NCBI GenBank assembly: GCA_001595385.3
Contig: LVEI03000002.1
Coordinates: 51,924 to 115,923, forward strand
Direction: 5' to 3'
Length of the DNA stretch: 64,000 nucleotides
Source: Deltaproteobacteria bacterium GWC2_55_46
GTDB taxonomy: Bacteria > Desulfobacterota > GWC2-55-46
The notes under the pieces were generated by a model that did not search any database, had not been told where the DNA came from, and was given only the letters and a program-made list of their open reading frames with translations. This document shows positions 62,573 to 64,000 of the stretch, piece after piece (position 1 is the stretch's first letter; each line of letters begins with the position of its first letter). The position numbers and the translations under genes were made by a program.

Positions 62573-63655
62573 ATGTCTTTGAACTACGAAGTGATACACG
62601 GTCTCGACTTTACTGATGCGCAAATCGAGGAGTGCCTTAAAAGAGAGGGCCTTCTTTCGCTGGAATTGGAATTCAGCCGCAAATGCAATCTGAGATGCGT
62701 GTACTGCTACTCCGAAGCCGGAGAGGGACTTAAAGACGAACTCAAGCCGGATCAGCTTATAAGCGTTATCGACCAGGCGGCTGACCTCGGAGCCCGTAAA
62801 ATCATACTTCTCGGAGGCGGTGAGCCGCTCATCTATGAGGGCCTTGAGGACATTATCAGGTATATAGACAAGAAAGGACTTGAGCAGACAGTATTCACCA
62901 ATGGCTTTTTGATGACATCCGATCTCGCGAAGTTCATGTTCGACCACAATGTGTCTGTAGTAGTCAAGCACAACAGCTTCAGCAAAAGGGTCCAGGACAG
63001 CCTCGCCGGGCTCGAAGGGGCCTACGAAAAGATACAGAAGGCGATAACGCATCTGTTTAACGCCGGATACCCGAACGGGCATCGGCAGATGGGTATTCAA
63101 ACCATAATCCTGAGACAGAACCTCGATGAGATACCCTCAATGTGGAAGTGGGCCAGAAATCTGGGGCTGATACCCTATTTCGAGATTCTGACAATGCAGG
63201 GCAGGGCGAAGGCTCACCCTGAGATACTGGTCTCGACCGAAGAGGTTCAGGAGGTCTTCAGCAAACTCCGTAATATAGACCAGGAGGAATTCGGCAGGAC
63301 GTGGTCGGCGCATCCGACCATTGCCTCTTTCACCTGCAAGCGCCACCTCTATTCGTGCCTTGTAAATTCGCAAGGCTTTATCCAGCCGTGCACAGGCATA
63401 GACCTTTTCGTAGGGAACGTCACGACTGAAAAGCTCGCCGATATTCTCCACAAAAGCCACGTCATAAAGGACTTGAGGAAGATACGCGCAAAGATAGAAG
63501 GCCCGTGCAAATCCTGCGACCTGAGCGCGGACTGTTACGGGTGCAGAGGCAATGCCTATCAGCTCACAGGCAATTACCTCGCCTCGGATCCCGAGTGCTG
63601 GATATCAAAAAAGCCCGATTCAAAAACGGGCAATACTTCATGCAAATCCTCCTGA
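62573..63655 (+). CDS. Radical SAM protein with a SPASM/twitch C-terminal domain
   Basis: RKCNLRCVYCYS (CxxxCxxC) and C-terminal CTG...CKSCDLSADCYGCRGNAY. Confidence 0.8.
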   Translation: MSLNYEVIHGLDFTDAQIEECLKREGLLSLELEFSRKCNLRCVYCYSEAGEGLKDELKPDQLISVIDQAADLGARKIILLGGGEPLIYEGLEDIIRYIDKKGLEQTVFTNGFLMTSDLAKFMFDHNVSVVVKHNSFSKRVQDSLAGLEGAYEKIQKAITHLFNAGYPNGHRQMGIQTIILRQNLDEIPSMWKWARNLGLIPYFEILTMQGRAKAHPEILVSTEEVQEVFSKLRNIDQEEFGRTWSAHPTIASFTCKRHLYSCLVNSQGFIQPCTGIDLFVGNVTTEKLADILHKSHVIKDLRKIRAKIEGPCKSCDLSADCYGCRGNAYQLTGNYLASDPECWISKKPDSKTGNTSCKSS

Positions 63656-64000
63656 TCTCAGTTAATACCGAGACAGAGCCGTATCCGGTCGAGCCTATAG
63701 GGCTTGCGTATATCGCTGCCTCTCTCGTTAAGGAGGGACACGCTGTCAAGGTGCTTGACCTGTGCTTTGAGGAAGATGGCCCGCATGCTGTTTTGAGCGC
63801 GATTGAGGGCTTCAGGCCAGGTCTCATCGGGATATCACTGAGGAATACGGATAACCTTACTTATCCCAAGAGCGTTTCCTATCTGCCTCCTGTCAGGGAA
63901 GTCGTTTCCGCGATAAGGAAAAAAACTGCGGCGACTGTCATAATAGGCGGCTCGGGTTTTTCTCTTTTTCCGAAGGAGACGCTTGAGTACCTTGGTCTTG
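63640..64000 (+). CDS. B12-binding-domain radical SAM protein, 3' end off-window
   Basis: ATG 63640 overlaps the upstream 3' end. MQILLISVNTETEPYPVEPIGLAYIAASLVKEGHAVKVLDL...LIGISLRN is a typical N-terminal cobalamin-binding domain. The frame is open to the window end. Confidence 0.65.
   Translation, partial: MQILLISVNTETEPYPVEPIGLAYIAASLVKEGHAVKVLDLCFEEDGPHAVLSAIEGFRPGLIGISLRNTDNLTYPKSVSYLPPVREVVSAIRKKTAATVIIGGSGFSLFPKETLEYLGL

Overview
64-kb bacterial chromosomal window, moderately GC-rich. Genes are tightly packed and most have strong GGAGG Shine-Dalgarno (SD) sites. There are five blocks.

(1) 1-5.3 kb: a translationally coupled sugar-modification operon. It encodes an LmbE/PIG-L deacetylase, a GT4 glycosyltransferase, a FemAB/CelD-like GNAT, a 578-aa PRTase-like/kinase-like unknown, a PHP phosphoesterase and a lipoprotein.

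(2) 5.6-13.4 kb: conserved core. tRNA-Val, then thrS-infC-rpmI-rplT-pheS-pheT-ihfA-merR, then tRNA-Pro. This order is reminiscent of Geobacter-like Desulfobacterota, but taxonomy cannot be proven here.

(3) 13.4-38.1 kb: a composite integrated island starting right after tRNA-Pro.
- Minus strand: a P4-like replication module (AlpA-like regulator, CHC2 zinc-finger protein, P4-family primase/helicase). It is flanked by a 153-bp direct repeat.
- A 1.4-kb ORF-free control region follows, with palindromes and iteron-like repeats.
- Plus strand: about 45 small co-directional genes, unusually rich in zinc-ribbon proteins. They include a five-fold CxxC repeat protein, an M20/M28-like peptidase, a drastically reduced ComM/YifB-like protein, DUF2958, a CI-like repressor and a tyrosine integrase.
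- No capsid, portal or terminase genes are present.
- A 1-kb ORF-free hairpin-dense segment (19.56-20.58 kb) is a candidate large structured RNA.
- A minus-strand beta-helix (tailspike-like) operon lies at the right end.

(4) 38.1-46.6 kb: a type I-C CRISPR-Cas locus, cas5c-cas8c-cas7c-cas4-cas1-cas2 plus 15 repeats and 14 spacers.
- It has no cas3. Only a putative 3' remnant sits upstream of cas5.
- A decayed IS3-family element follows the array.

(5) 46.9-64 kb: an uncharacterised lipid or type II polyketide-like cluster.
- Biosynthesis: acpS, phytoene-desaturase-like oxidoreductase, KS plus a Cys-less KS-like partner, a methyltransferase and a truncated third KS fused to a PaaK-like fragment.
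- Radical SAM and tailoring: two B12-radical-SAM enzymes, one SPASM radical-SAM enzyme, an ATP-grasp protein and a deacetylase.
- Membrane and export: MMPL exporter, LPLAT acyltransferase, LolA-like protein and TVP38/DedA.

Best leads: the candidate large ncRNA, the virion-less zinc-ribbon island, the cas3-less I-C locus and the radical-SAM/KS lipid cluster. All functional calls come from motif recognition by eye. No database search was run.
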